NCBI GenBank assembly: GCA_031414595.1
Contig: JANNVX010000114.1
Location: 1 to 64,000, forward strand
DNA: 64,000 nucleotides
DNA from: Deinococcales bacterium
GTDB taxonomy: Bacteria > Deinococcota > Deinococci > Deinococcales > JAAFIG01
Reading direction: 5' to 3'
Below are positions 11,084 to 19,896 of the stretch, in pieces. A model generated the notes under the pieces. That model saw only the letters and a list, made by a program, of their open reading frames with translations, searched no databases and had not been told where the DNA came from. Each line of letters opens with the position of its first letter. Position 1 is the first letter of the stretch. The position numbers were made by a program, and so were the translations under genes.

Positions 11084-11099
11084 TGATAATTTATTCTCA
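11084..11099. promoter_or_regulatory. Putative Zur/Fur-family operator
   Basis: TGATAATTTATTCTCA lies between minus-strand -35 TTGCTA (11101-11106) and -10 TAAGAT (11077-11082). Confidence 0.75.
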
Positions 11100-11142
11100 A
11101 TAGCAAGGGCGTTTGTTCTCGAGGACATTGTAAGATAGCCGG

Positions 11143-11919
11143 ATGTTGTTCCATGATGCGTTTTACCGCTTTATTTATTTAGAGAACCCCGAAGAAACTC
11201 GAGGACACCTCGAGCAAGTCTGCCAAACGGCGGGTGTGCTTGGTACGATTTTACTGGCTGAGGAAGGCATTAACGGGATGCTTTGCGGCTCGAGTGAGCA
11301 ATTAAAAATAGTGCGGGATGTTCTCGAGGCAGATAAAAAGTTCCAAAACTTTTTTTATAAACGCACGGCTTGCAGTCAACAAGTTTTTAAGCGCCTCAAA
11401 GTCAAAGTAAAACCCGAAATTGTACCACTTGGGATTGAAGGCATTGACACCCAAAACTTTAAGGGAACAGATGTTTCGCCGCAGCAGTGGCAAGAATTAT
11501 TAAAGCGCGACGATGTGATTTTAATAGACAACCGCAACAGCTTTGAATTTGAACTCGGGCATTTTAAGGGCGCAATCAACCCGAATATCGAGCATTTTAG
11601 GGACTTTGCCGAGTATCTCAAGACACACCTCCCCGAATGGCAAGCCCAGAACAAAACTGTTGCCATGTACTGCACTGGTGGGATTCGTTGCGAAAAAACA
11701 ACCGCTTGGCAAGCCATGCGTGGCTTTAACATTTTGCAACTCGAGGGCGGAATCCTAAATTACTTTCAGAACATAGACAACGCCGAAGACGATTATGATG
11801 GTACATGTTTTGTCTTTGATGCCCGCGAAGTGCTGGACACCAAAAACCAAGAAGCCCAGATTTATGACACCGATTTTGTCAGCAATACTGCACGGCTTTT
11901 TAGTTCGGCTCGAAAATAA
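11143..11919 (+). CDS. UPF0176 rhodanese-domain protein (TrhO-like tRNA hydroxylase)
   Basis: GTILLAEEGING, GHFKGA, MYCTGGIRCEK, GGILNY, CFVFD. Confidence 0.88.
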   Translation: MLFHDAFYRFIYLENPEETRGHLEQVCQTAGVLGTILLAEEGINGMLCGSSEQLKIVRDVLEADKKFQNFFYKRTACSQQVFKRLKVKVKPEIVPLGIEGIDTQNFKGTDVSPQQWQELLKRDDVILIDNRNSFEFELGHFKGAINPNIEHFRDFAEYLKTHLPEWQAQNKTVAMYCTGGIRCEKTTAWQAMRGFNILQLEGGILNYFQNIDNAEDDYDGTCFVFDAREVLDTKNQEAQIYDTDFVSNTARLFSSARK

Positions 11920-11951
11920 ATCTCATCAAAAAAAACTATACTCGAGCCAGC

Positions 11952-12380
11952 ATGAAAAACATTCTGATACTCGCCCTAGCAATACTGCTCAGCTTTGCCC
12001 TCGCTCACTCCAAACCCGTCAAAATCGTTCCCGCCAATGGCTCGAGTGTCAAAAGTGCAAGCACAGTCAAAGTAACCTTTGATGAAGCCATAGAAGCTGG
12101 TTTTAGTACCTTCAAGGTTTACCCGTACACTGGCGCTTTAACCGCTTTAGCGATGAACACGTTTAGTCAAGCCAAGCTCAAACTTAAAAACGACGCAGCT
12201 ACTCGAGCCGATTTGAGAACCACAGTTCTAGGCACAACCACAGGGTCTGGCACAACCAAAACAATAGAAATCAGCTTAAAACCCAAACTTAAAGCTGGCA
12301 TCTATCTGGTGATGTGGCGAATCCTTGGCACGGACACACACGGTGTAAATGGAAATTCGTACTTTGGAATCAAGCCCTAG
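11952..12380 (+). CDS. CopC-like copper resistance protein
   Basis: Signal peptide, His at mature N-terminus, G.Y.V.WR....DTH...G. Confidence 0.8.
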   Translation: MKNILILALAILLSFALAHSKPVKIVPANGSSVKSASTVKVTFDEAIEAGFSTFKVYPYTGALTALAMNTFSQAKLKLKNDAATRADLRTTVLGTTTGSGTTKTIEISLKPKLKAGIYLVMWRILGTDTHGVNGNSYFGIKP

Positions 12381-12438
12381 ACAGTAAAAAAGCACAGCGC
12401 ATGACTCGAGCCTCAATTTTAGGTTATCATCTCGGGTC

Positions 12439-12891
12439 ATGCGATTTTTTGTCCTTATTCTTTTTTTACTGGTCTCGAGCCTCGCCGATGCCAAAAGCGC
12501 AGCCGAAACTCGAGTGGTCGGTCTGATCAACACTTTTAGAGCCTCTGGCGCAAGGTGTAACGGGGCTGGCGGCGTGAGGTTATCTGCCATGCGTTGGAAC
12601 AACACCCTTGCCAAAGCCGCCAAAACCCACGCTCTGAACATGGGTAGTAAAAAATTCGTTTCGCATTATTACCAAGGCATTGGACCACGGACTCGAGTCA
12701 CCAGAGCCGGCTATTCGTACTCGAGAATGTCCGAAATTATTTTTTTGGGAAACGGTGGCGCATCCAAAGCCGTCAATTGGTGGAAAAACTCGAGAATACA
12801 TTGTTGGGCAATCTCCAATCCACTTTACACCGAAGTCGGCGCAGCCCAATACAACGGCGCTTGGGTTGTTGTCATGGCAAGACCGAAATGA
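12439..12891 (+). CDS. CAP/SCP-domain secreted protein
   Basis: LINTFRA, LAKAAKTHA.NM, SH, WWKNS.IHC. Confidence 0.85.
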   Translation: MRFFVLILFLLVSSLADAKSAAETRVVGLINTFRASGARCNGAGGVRLSAMRWNNTLAKAAKTHALNMGSKKFVSHYYQGIGPRTRVTRAGYSYSRMSEIIFLGNGGASKAVNWWKNSRIHCWAISNPLYTEVGAAQYNGAWVVVMARPK

Positions 12892-12898
12892 CAAACAA

Positions 12899-12926
12899 CT
12901 CAAAGCTCAAAGCTCAAAGCTCATAG
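12899..12926 (+). repeat. 7-bp tandem repeat (CTCAAAG)x3 plus CTCATAG
   Basis: Read directly; ends 6 nt before dnaB ATG. Confidence 0.85.
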
Positions 12927-12932
12927 CCCCTT

Positions 12933-14279
12933 ATGGAAGAACTCCACGGACGCATCCCACCTCATAACCTTGACGCTGAAGCCAGCGTGCTGGGCAGTAT
13001 TTTACTTGACAACGAGGCATACCACAGTCTAGAGGGTACGCTAAAACCCGACCAGTTTTACAAAGAAGCCAACCGTAAAATCTATGCTGCCATCGAGAAC
13101 CTGATTTCAAAAGGCAACCCTGCCGATTCGGTCACGCTCATCGAAGAACTCCGCACCAAAGACCAACTCGAGGAAGTCGGCGGGGTGGCATATCTGGTGG
13201 GCTTATCCGACGGTGTGCCAACCAGTGTCTACGCCAAGTTCTATGCCGATATTGTGGTTGAAAAAAGCAATTTACGCGGGTTGATTAACGCCTCTTCAAA
13301 AATCATGCAAATGGCTTATGACGAAGCCGCCCCTGCCGAAGAACTGATGGACAGAGCTGAAAAACTGGTCTTTGAGGTGGCACAAAAAAAGAGCCAGCAG
13401 CCATTTCAAAACATGAACACGCTGGTCAATGAAACCTTTGAGTACATTTCTAAAATCTCGAGCGACAGCAACTTTATCACCGGTGTCGCCACTGGTTTTA
13501 GAGATTTAGACGAAATGACCACAGGCTTACAACCGGGGTCGCTTAATGTCATTGCGGCACGCCCAAGTATGGGAAAAACTGCCTTTGCGCTTTCCATCGC
13601 CCAAAATATTTCGGTACGCCAAAATAAAGCCGTGGCAGTCTTTAGTCTCGAGATGCCCGCTTCACAGCTTGTGTTGCGAATGATGTGCGCCGAGGCTCGA
13701 GTAGACATGAACCGTGTGCGTCAAGGGGCGCTCAACGAAAAAGACTTTGAGCGTCTGGTCAATGCGGCGGGTAAACTAAGCGAAGCGCCAATGTTTATTG
13801 ATGATGCTTCGGATTTAACCGTCACCGAACTGCGAAGTAAATCGAGGCGCTTAATGGCAGAAAAAGATTTGCATTTAATTGTGATTGATTACATGCAGTT
13901 AATGTCGGGCAGTGGTACTTCCAAGGGTGGCGGCGAGAATCGGCAACAAGAAATTTCGACCATTTCACGTGGGCTAAAATCTTTAGCAAGGGAACTCAAT
14001 ATCCCTGTGGTGGTCTTAAGCCAACTCTCGAGACAAGTGGAGTCACGTCCTAATCACCGTCCGATGTTGTCAGATTTACGTGAATCAGGTGCGATTGAGC
14101 AGGACGCAGACCTTGTTTCTTTTATTTACCGCGATGAGTATTACCACAAAGATTCCGAAAAACAAGGCATTGCCGAAATTATTATTGGTAAGCAGCGCAA
14201 TGGTCCTGTCGGTACAGTCGAGTTGCAATTTCATTCGCAGCACGTTAGATTCAATGACCTCGCCAAAGATGGCGTTTAG
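12933..14279 (+). CDS. dnaB: Replicative DNA helicase
   Basis: PPHNLDAE, AARPSMGKT, IDYMQL, LSQLSR, DLRESGAIEQDAD, KQRNGP. Confidence 0.98.
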   Translation: MEELHGRIPPHNLDAEASVLGSILLDNEAYHSLEGTLKPDQFYKEANRKIYAAIENLISKGNPADSVTLIEELRTKDQLEEVGGVAYLVGLSDGVPTSVYAKFYADIVVEKSNLRGLINASSKIMQMAYDEAAPAEELMDRAEKLVFEVAQKKSQQPFQNMNTLVNETFEYISKISSDSNFITGVATGFRDLDEMTTGLQPGSLNVIAARPSMGKTAFALSIAQNISVRQNKAVAVFSLEMPASQLVLRMMCAEARVDMNRVRQGALNEKDFERLVNAAGKLSEAPMFIDDASDLTVTELRSKSRRLMAEKDLHLIVIDYMQLMSGSGTSKGGGENRQQEISTISRGLKSLARELNIPVVVLSQLSRQVESRPNHRPMLSDLRESGAIEQDADLVSFIYRDEYYHKDSEKQGIAEIIIGKQRNGPVGTVELQFHSQHVRFNDLAKDGV

Positions 14280-14360
14280 CGACCCACAAAAGTTGGGATT
14301 TAAGTCTAAATACGTCCCTCTTGAAATTCACCCCTGTTTATACGGTATAATCATATTATT

Positions 14361-15068
14361 ATGGGGCGCATGACCAGTAGATCAATTTCTTTTAAGACCA
14401 CTTCTGTGACACGAATCTCGAGCTATGGACAAGTGCTTTCTTGTCCTGTCTGCGAGCGTACCCTCATGCTTAAAGACATCCGCGATGGCGACCAAGCCTA
14501 CTGGTGTCATACCTGCGAACGTGGCTGGCGAGCGGGGCATCTACCACCCGAAGCCAGACGCGCCAAAGCCAAGGCGCTGCTCGAAGAAAGCCTAGAAGTT
14601 ATGCCTATTCCCGAGCCAGAAGTGGTTATTCCCCAACTTGAAGTAGTTGCACCAGTCAAAAAACCACGGGCTTCTAAAGCTGTACCTATTATTCTCGAGC
14701 CTAAAATTACCGAACCACAAAGCAAGTCTAAACCAGTCAGCGCACCGTTAAAACCAGTGCTTCTCGAGCCAGAAGTGAGCCTCAAAACCAAAGTCACTCG
14801 AGTCGCAAAAGTCAAAACCACACCAGAAGCGGTTGTCCTCGAAACACCACCCGTGATTGTGGCAGCCCCCAGAAAACCCCGAACACCCAAAGCTGTTGTT
14901 CCTGTAACGCCTAAAGCCATTGTACCAGTGGTTTTAACACAACCAGAACCAGCCATCCCAGAAGTGAAAAAACAAAAATCTCGAGCCAGCCCTCGAACTG
15001 TCAAACATACAAATACTGTGGTTCAACAAGATTTATTCGCCTACCTAATCCAGCACGGCTCGAGCTAG
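14361..15068 (+). CDS. Hypothetical protein: N-terminal zinc ribbon plus Pro/Lys/Val-rich tail
   Basis: CPVC...WCHTC then low-complexity region; start may be 14370. Confidence 0.7.
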   Translation: MGRMTSRSISFKTTSVTRISSYGQVLSCPVCERTLMLKDIRDGDQAYWCHTCERGWRAGHLPPEARRAKAKALLEESLEVMPIPEPEVVIPQLEVVAPVKKPRASKAVPIILEPKITEPQSKSKPVSAPLKPVLLEPEVSLKTKVTRVAKVKTTPEAVVLETPPVIVAAPRKPRTPKAVVPVTPKAIVPVVLTQPEPAIPEVKKQKSRASPRTVKHTNTVVQQDLFAYLIQHGSS

Positions 15069-16250
15069 GCGCTTCATGCCTTCTTGTATTTGCTCTACAC
15101 TTGGGGTGGCAAAACTGAGGCGCAAATAATTACTGCGTTTTGCATCTGGGAAAAAACCTGCTCCAGGAACAAAAATAATGCCATTTTCTACAGCTTTTTG
15201 TACCATGCTCATGGTATCTACACCTTCTGCCATTTTGACCCAAATAAACATACCGCCGCTTGGGGCGTTAAACTCGAGCATTCCACTTGGGAAGGTTTTA
15301 GCAATGGCTTCCATCATCGCATTGCCTTTTGCGCCGTATGTACTGCGGATTTTTGGTAATTGTGTCTCGAGCCGTCCAGTCTCGAGGTAGGCGGCGGCGA
15401 CATATTGCGCGAAACTCGAGGAATGCAGGTCAGCGGCTTGCTTAACGATGGTCAGCGGTTGAATCAGTCCAGCAGGCGCAAGCATCCAGCCTAAGCGCAG
15501 TCCGGGCGCAACAAATTTAGACAAGGTACTCATGTAAATAATCTGTTCACTCGAGCCGGGTACTTCGTTTGTCAGGGCATAAATCGGTGGGACGCTCTCC
15601 CCAGCAAAACGCAGTTCGCTGTACGGGTCGTCTTCGACAATGAGAATTTGTTCTCGAGTTGCAATCTCGAGCAGTTTTTTACGGCGCTCTAAACTGAGTG
15701 TTGCCCCGCTCGGATTGCCAAAAGTAGCCACGGTATAAATAAATTTGGGGCGTTTGCCAGCCTGTTTGCACTCGAGAATAGCGCGTTCTAAATCCTCGAT
15801 TTGAATACCGTCGGCATCTTGTTCGATACCGTGCAGTTGGGCTTGGTACAATTCAAAAACTTGCACTGCCGCCAAATACGCTGGGCGTTCGACCAACACG
15901 ACATCGTCTGGGTCAAGCATGATTTTAGAGACCAAATCAATTCCTTGTTGTGAACCTGTAGTGACGAGCATCTGATCCAAATTCAGCCCATGCACCCCAC
16001 GATTTGCCATGACCCGTTCAATTTGTTGCTTAAAACCAATGTACCCGTCGGTTGGACCATACTGCAAAGCCGCACTGCTGTGGGTGGATAAAGCCAGTTC
16101 AGTGGCGGTTTTTATCCCTTCGACATCAAATAAACTTGGGTCGGGAAGTCCGCCAGCAAAAGAAATGATATCTTTGCGGTTTGCCACCTTGAGGATTTCT
16201 CGGACAAATGAGGGTTTGGCGAATTCCATTCGGCTTGATAGCGGATACAT
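15045..16250 (-). CDS. PLP-dependent class I/II aminotransferase (LysN-like)
   Basis: SFAGGLP, GSQQ, NPSG, EDDPY, SKFVAPGLRLG; TATACT 6 nt before ATG 16250. Confidence 0.92.
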   Translation of the reverse strand: MYPLSSRMEFAKPSFVREILKVANRKDIISFAGGLPDPSLFDVEGIKTATELALSTHSSAALQYGPTDGYIGFKQQIERVMANRGVHGLNLDQMLVTTGSQQGIDLVSKIMLDPDDVVLVERPAYLAAVQVFELYQAQLHGIEQDADGIQIEDLERAILECKQAGKRPKFIYTVATFGNPSGATLSLERRKKLLEIATREQILIVEDDPYSELRFAGESVPPIYALTNEVPGSSEQIIYMSTLSKFVAPGLRLGWMLAPAGLIQPLTIVKQAADLHSSSFAQYVAAAYLETGRLETQLPKIRSTYGAKGNAMMEAIAKTFPSGMLEFNAPSGGMFIWVKMAEGVDTMSMVQKAVENGIIFVPGAGFFPDAKRSNYLRLSFATPSVEQIQEGMKRLARAVLD

Positions 16251-16299
16251 ACCCAAAGTATACGCTTTTTGGGTGCTAGATGCCAGAAGTGTCAAGTGT

Positions 16300-16587
16300 T
16301 TATTCCACAGTTCTTGGTACTTTGAAAAAACCATCTTCGGCTTCTATTGCCACTGCCAAGGCTTGATGCTGCTCGAGTCCAGCGATTGCAAGGTCTTCGC
16401 GCATGATGTTTTTCATTGGGACTGGGCGCGGCATTTCCGGGTAAGCACTTAAATCAAGATTTTGTAGGGTTTGAAAACTGGCTAAGATATTGTTGATGTC
16501 CTTGGCTGCCGCAACTGTTTCTTCGGCGCTCATCTCGAGCCGAGCTAGTTTTTTTAGGTGTTCCATTTCGGTAGGCGTGACAGTCAT
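16300..16587 (-). CDS. gatC: Asp/Glu-tRNA amidotransferase subunit C
   Basis: HL.KLARL, NIMRED, DGFFKVPR. Confidence 0.9.
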   Translation of the reverse strand: MTVTPTEMEHLKKLARLEMSAEETVAAAKDINNILASFQTLQNLDLSAYPEMPRPVPMKNIMREDLAIAGLEQHQALAVAIEAEDGFFKVPRTVE

Positions 16588-16596
16588 ACCCAGAGT

Positions 16597-18009
16597 TTAC
16601 CCGTTGGTGGCTTCCTGCATCAATGCCCACAAGTGCGCTACATCTTCGCGGCTCGTCTCGAGTGCGCCAATCGAAACCCTGACCATCCAGCGCCCCTCGA
16701 GAATAGCTGGTGTTAAATAAGCACTGCCGCTCGAGTTGATTTGGTTCACCCACGCTAAAGTGTGCTGGTCAAGCGCTTCCCCCTCGAGTCCGTCTGGTTC
16801 GTGGCGGATGCACAGGGTTTGTAAACGCACAGGATTGAGTACCGTCCAATTTGGTGTATTTTTGATTTCTCCCTCGAGCCAAGTGGCATTTTCAAGGTCA
16901 CGGCGTAAGCGGGCTTGGAGTTTTGTTATGCCCTCGAGCCGTAGTAAAAACCATAGTTTTAAGGCTCGCATTCGTCGCCCAAGTGGAATACCCCAATCGC
17001 GGTATTGTTTAACTTGTCCATCGGTACTGGTTTGCAAGTAACTTGGGTTGGTACTCATCACCCGTACCAGATGTTCAGGGTCTGCCACATAATAAAGCGA
17101 GCAATCAAAAGTAGCACCAAGCCATTTATGTGGGTTTAAGCATAACGAATCTGCGCCCTCGAGTCCAGCGAATAATTCTTGTTTTTCGGGCAGAATCATG
17201 GCGCTACCTGCCATCGCTGCATCCACATGTAGCCAAAGCCCGTAATCTTTGGCAATCTTGGCAATCTCGGGCAATGGGTCGCAAGCTGTGGTGGTTGTGC
17301 CACCAACCGTGGCAACTATCGCGCAGGGTTTTTTACCCAGCTTTATGTCCTCGAGAATCATTTTTTCAAGCTTACTGGGGATTAAATCAAAGTTCTTATC
17401 CACTGGTACGATTCGCAGATTGTCCTTGCCAAATCCTGCCAATAAGCCGCCTTTTTCAACACTCGAGTGGCACTGCGAAGAAAAATAAATCATTTGGGCT
17501 TGCGGTTCAGACTGCAAGCCACCCCGTGCCAAAGCGTAATTGGTACTGCGTTCCCTTGCCGAAATCAGGGCGACCATCGTGGCGGTGCTGGCGGTGTCTT
17601 GAATCACGCCTTTCATCTGGCTTGGGATGTTTGAGGCTACCTGCATCCATTCAAGCATTCGCTCCTCGAGTTCGGTCAAGGCTGGACTAGCTGCCCAATT
17701 TAGCCCGAGTTGCCCCAGTCCGCTCGAGACCAAATCGCCAAGGACAGCTTCTAAGCTCGAGTTAGCTGGGAAGTAGCCGTAAAACATCGGGTGTTGCCAA
17801 TTGGAGATGTGTGGCAGAATTAGCGTCTCGAGGTCGTGCAGCAGGGCTTGTGGGCTATCTGGGCTATTTGGTGCGGTGCTTGGAAGTTTCTCGAGAACTG
17901 CGTTAGGTTGGCTGTTGCTCCAAACACGGCGGTCACGGATACCAGCACGATAATCGGCAATCCAGTCAATCAAGGTGTGTCCAAAAGCTCTGAATTCATT
18001 GGGGGTCAT
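16597..18009 (-). CDS. Group II PLP-dependent (aromatic L-amino acid-like) decarboxylase
   Basis: WQHP.FYGYFP, HSSVEK, WLHVDAA.AG, NPHKW, LGRR.RALKLW. Confidence 0.92.
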   Translation of the reverse strand: MTPNEFRAFGHTLIDWIADYRAGIRDRRVWSNSQPNAVLEKLPSTAPNSPDSPQALLHDLETLILPHISNWQHPMFYGYFPANSSLEAVLGDLVSSGLGQLGLNWAASPALTELEERMLEWMQVASNIPSQMKGVIQDTASTATMVALISARERSTNYALARGGLQSEPQAQMIYFSSQCHSSVEKGGLLAGFGKDNLRIVPVDKNFDLIPSKLEKMILEDIKLGKKPCAIVATVGGTTTTACDPLPEIAKIAKDYGLWLHVDAAMAGSAMILPEKQELFAGLEGADSLCLNPHKWLGATFDCSLYYVADPEHLVRVMSTNPSYLQTSTDGQVKQYRDWGIPLGRRMRALKLWFLLRLEGITKLQARLRRDLENATWLEGEIKNTPNWTVLNPVRLQTLCIRHEPDGLEGEALDQHTLAWVNQINSSGSAYLTPAILEGRWMVRVSIGALETSREDVAHLWALMQEATNG

Positions 18010-18040
18010 GGTCAGTATTTTAATACGCTATGATGAAGCC

Positions 18041-19222
18041 ATGTCAGATACGCGGTTACTGCTCGAGATAACACCAAAAGGCATTTTGTCGTTTGGTGAT
18101 GAAACAAAACCGATTAAACTCTCGAGTCTGAATGTCTTGATTGGAACAAATGGTTCGGGAAAGTCCAATTTGATAGATGTAATTGGATTGGTGCGAGCTA
18201 CAGGAGGAGATTTGGCAGGTGAGTTTATTGAAAACGGCGGTCTAAAAGAATGGATTTGGAAAGGTAACGAGAAATCAGCTTTACTTTTGGAAACAAAAAC
18301 AGCAGGTGTTTTTTCGACCAGACATCTATTAGAAATCTACGCTTTAGAAACTTTTGGCTTCTTTATCGCTCGAGAAGAAATAGAAAGTATCACTGATGAG
18401 AATGCTCATTCCAAAGAAGATTACTTTGTATATAAAAATGAAAAAAATAAGGCGCGTATTTTGTTAGATTATTCTGAAAAGAATGAATTAGAAGATTTTC
18501 CTATGGAAAGTCTCCGTCGCAACCAATCAATTATTCAACAATTTAGAGACCCAAGACAAAATACGCTAATTCAAGTTCTTTCAACCATTTATCCACAAAT
18601 TCGTATTTACCGAGAATGGTCTTTTGGGCGTAAAAACATCCTTCGTAATCCAAAATCAGCCGACTCGAGAAACGATTACTTGGCAGAAGATTACTCTAAT
18701 CTCGGGCTAGTTTTAAGCCGCTCGAGTGTCAATCCGGATTTTAAGAATGCAATTCTCGAGAACCTGCGTTTGTTGTATCAAGGCTTAACCGATTTTAATG
18801 TGCTGATTCAGGGCGGTACAACCCAGATTTTTTTAACCGAAGGAAAGTTTAGTATTCCAGCCACGCGCTTATCTGATGGAACACTGCGTTATTTGTGCTT
18901 GCTGGCTATACTTTGCGACCCTAAGCCACTGCCGCTTATTTGTATTGAAGAACCCGAGCTTGGCTTGCATCCTGATATTCTGCCGAGCCTCGCGCAGTTG
19001 CTTGTAACGGCAGCTACGCGAACACAGTTAATTGTGACAACACATTCAGAAATTTTGATTGATGCCCTGACCGATTACCCAGAGTATGTGCTAATTTGCG
19101 AAAAAACCGATGGGCAGACACAAATTAAGAATCTGGATGCCGAGAAACTAAAAATTTGGCTTGAAGATTATCGTTTGGGTCAACTTTGGATGCGTGGTCA
19201 ACTTGGGGGGACTCGCTGGTGA
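18041..19222 (+). CDS. AAA_21/ABC-type ATPase
   Basis: GTNGSGKSN, LSDGT, IEEPE.GLHP, TTHS. Confidence 0.9.
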   Translation: MSDTRLLLEITPKGILSFGDETKPIKLSSLNVLIGTNGSGKSNLIDVIGLVRATGGDLAGEFIENGGLKEWIWKGNEKSALLLETKTAGVFSTRHLLEIYALETFGFFIAREEIESITDENAHSKEDYFVYKNEKNKARILLDYSEKNELEDFPMESLRRNQSIIQQFRDPRQNTLIQVLSTIYPQIRIYREWSFGRKNILRNPKSADSRNDYLAEDYSNLGLVLSRSSVNPDFKNAILENLRLLYQGLTDFNVLIQGGTTQIFLTEGKFSIPATRLSDGTLRYLCLLAILCDPKPLPLICIEEPELGLHPDILPSLAQLLVTAATRTQLIVTTHSEILIDALTDYPEYVLICEKTDGQTQIKNLDAEKLKIWLEDYRLGQLWMRGQLGGTRW

Positions 19223-19812
19223 GAATTGTTTTACTGGTTGAAGGTGGTGGTGATACGCCAGCTTTGCAAAGTGAGTGCCGTAAGGGTTTTCGGCTGCTGC
19301 TCGAGAAAGCTGGTTTTCTGGGGCGAATGCCAGAAATTGTAGCGTGTGGCTCGAGAAATCAGACCTTTAAGGATTTTAAGTCGGCATTGCAGGATTCCTC
19401 AGCATTGACAATGATGTTGGTGGACAGCGAAGACCCTGTGGTTTTGCTACCGTGGGCGCATTTGAAAACTCGAGATGGCTGGTTGCAACCTAATGAAACA
19501 ACCGAAAATCAGGTGCAATTCATGACGACTTGTATGGAAACTTGGTTGGTAGCTGACCCAGAGGCATTAAAAAGTTTTTTTGGTGATGGTTTTAAGGTAG
19601 GTAAATTATTGCCTATTACCAATTTGGAATCCCGTCCTCGAGATAAAGTTCAGGATGCTCTGGCAGATGCAACTAAAGATTGTGGTCGGGCTAGAAAGTA
19701 TCAAAAAGGTAGGCGTTCGTTTCAGGCACTTGCCAAACTCAACCCTAGTGTGTTGATACAATTAAAGTATTTTAAGCGCTTGGTAGATGAGCTACAGGCT
19801 TTGCATTCATAG
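19219..19812 (+). CDS. DUF4276-family (TOPRIM-like) protein
   Basis: VEGGG, CGSR, LVDSE, CMETWL.AD; GTGA overlap with ATPase. Confidence 0.75.
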   Translation: MRIVLLVEGGGDTPALQSECRKGFRLLLEKAGFLGRMPEIVACGSRNQTFKDFKSALQDSSALTMMLVDSEDPVVLLPWAHLKTRDGWLQPNETTENQVQFMTTCMETWLVADPEALKSFFGDGFKVGKLLPITNLESRPRDKVQDALADATKDCGRARKYQKGRRSFQALAKLNPSVLIQLKYFKRLVDELQALHS

Positions 19813-19896
19813 TAGACAGCAAGTAACTTTACTCTATCAATGTGTTTATACCGCCACCTAATTTTGTTGATTTTTTACACCAAACCACTGTGAATT

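Noticed and set aside
16300-16587. gatC without gatA/gatB
   Set aside because: Dispersed gat genes occur in many bacteria; not informative here.
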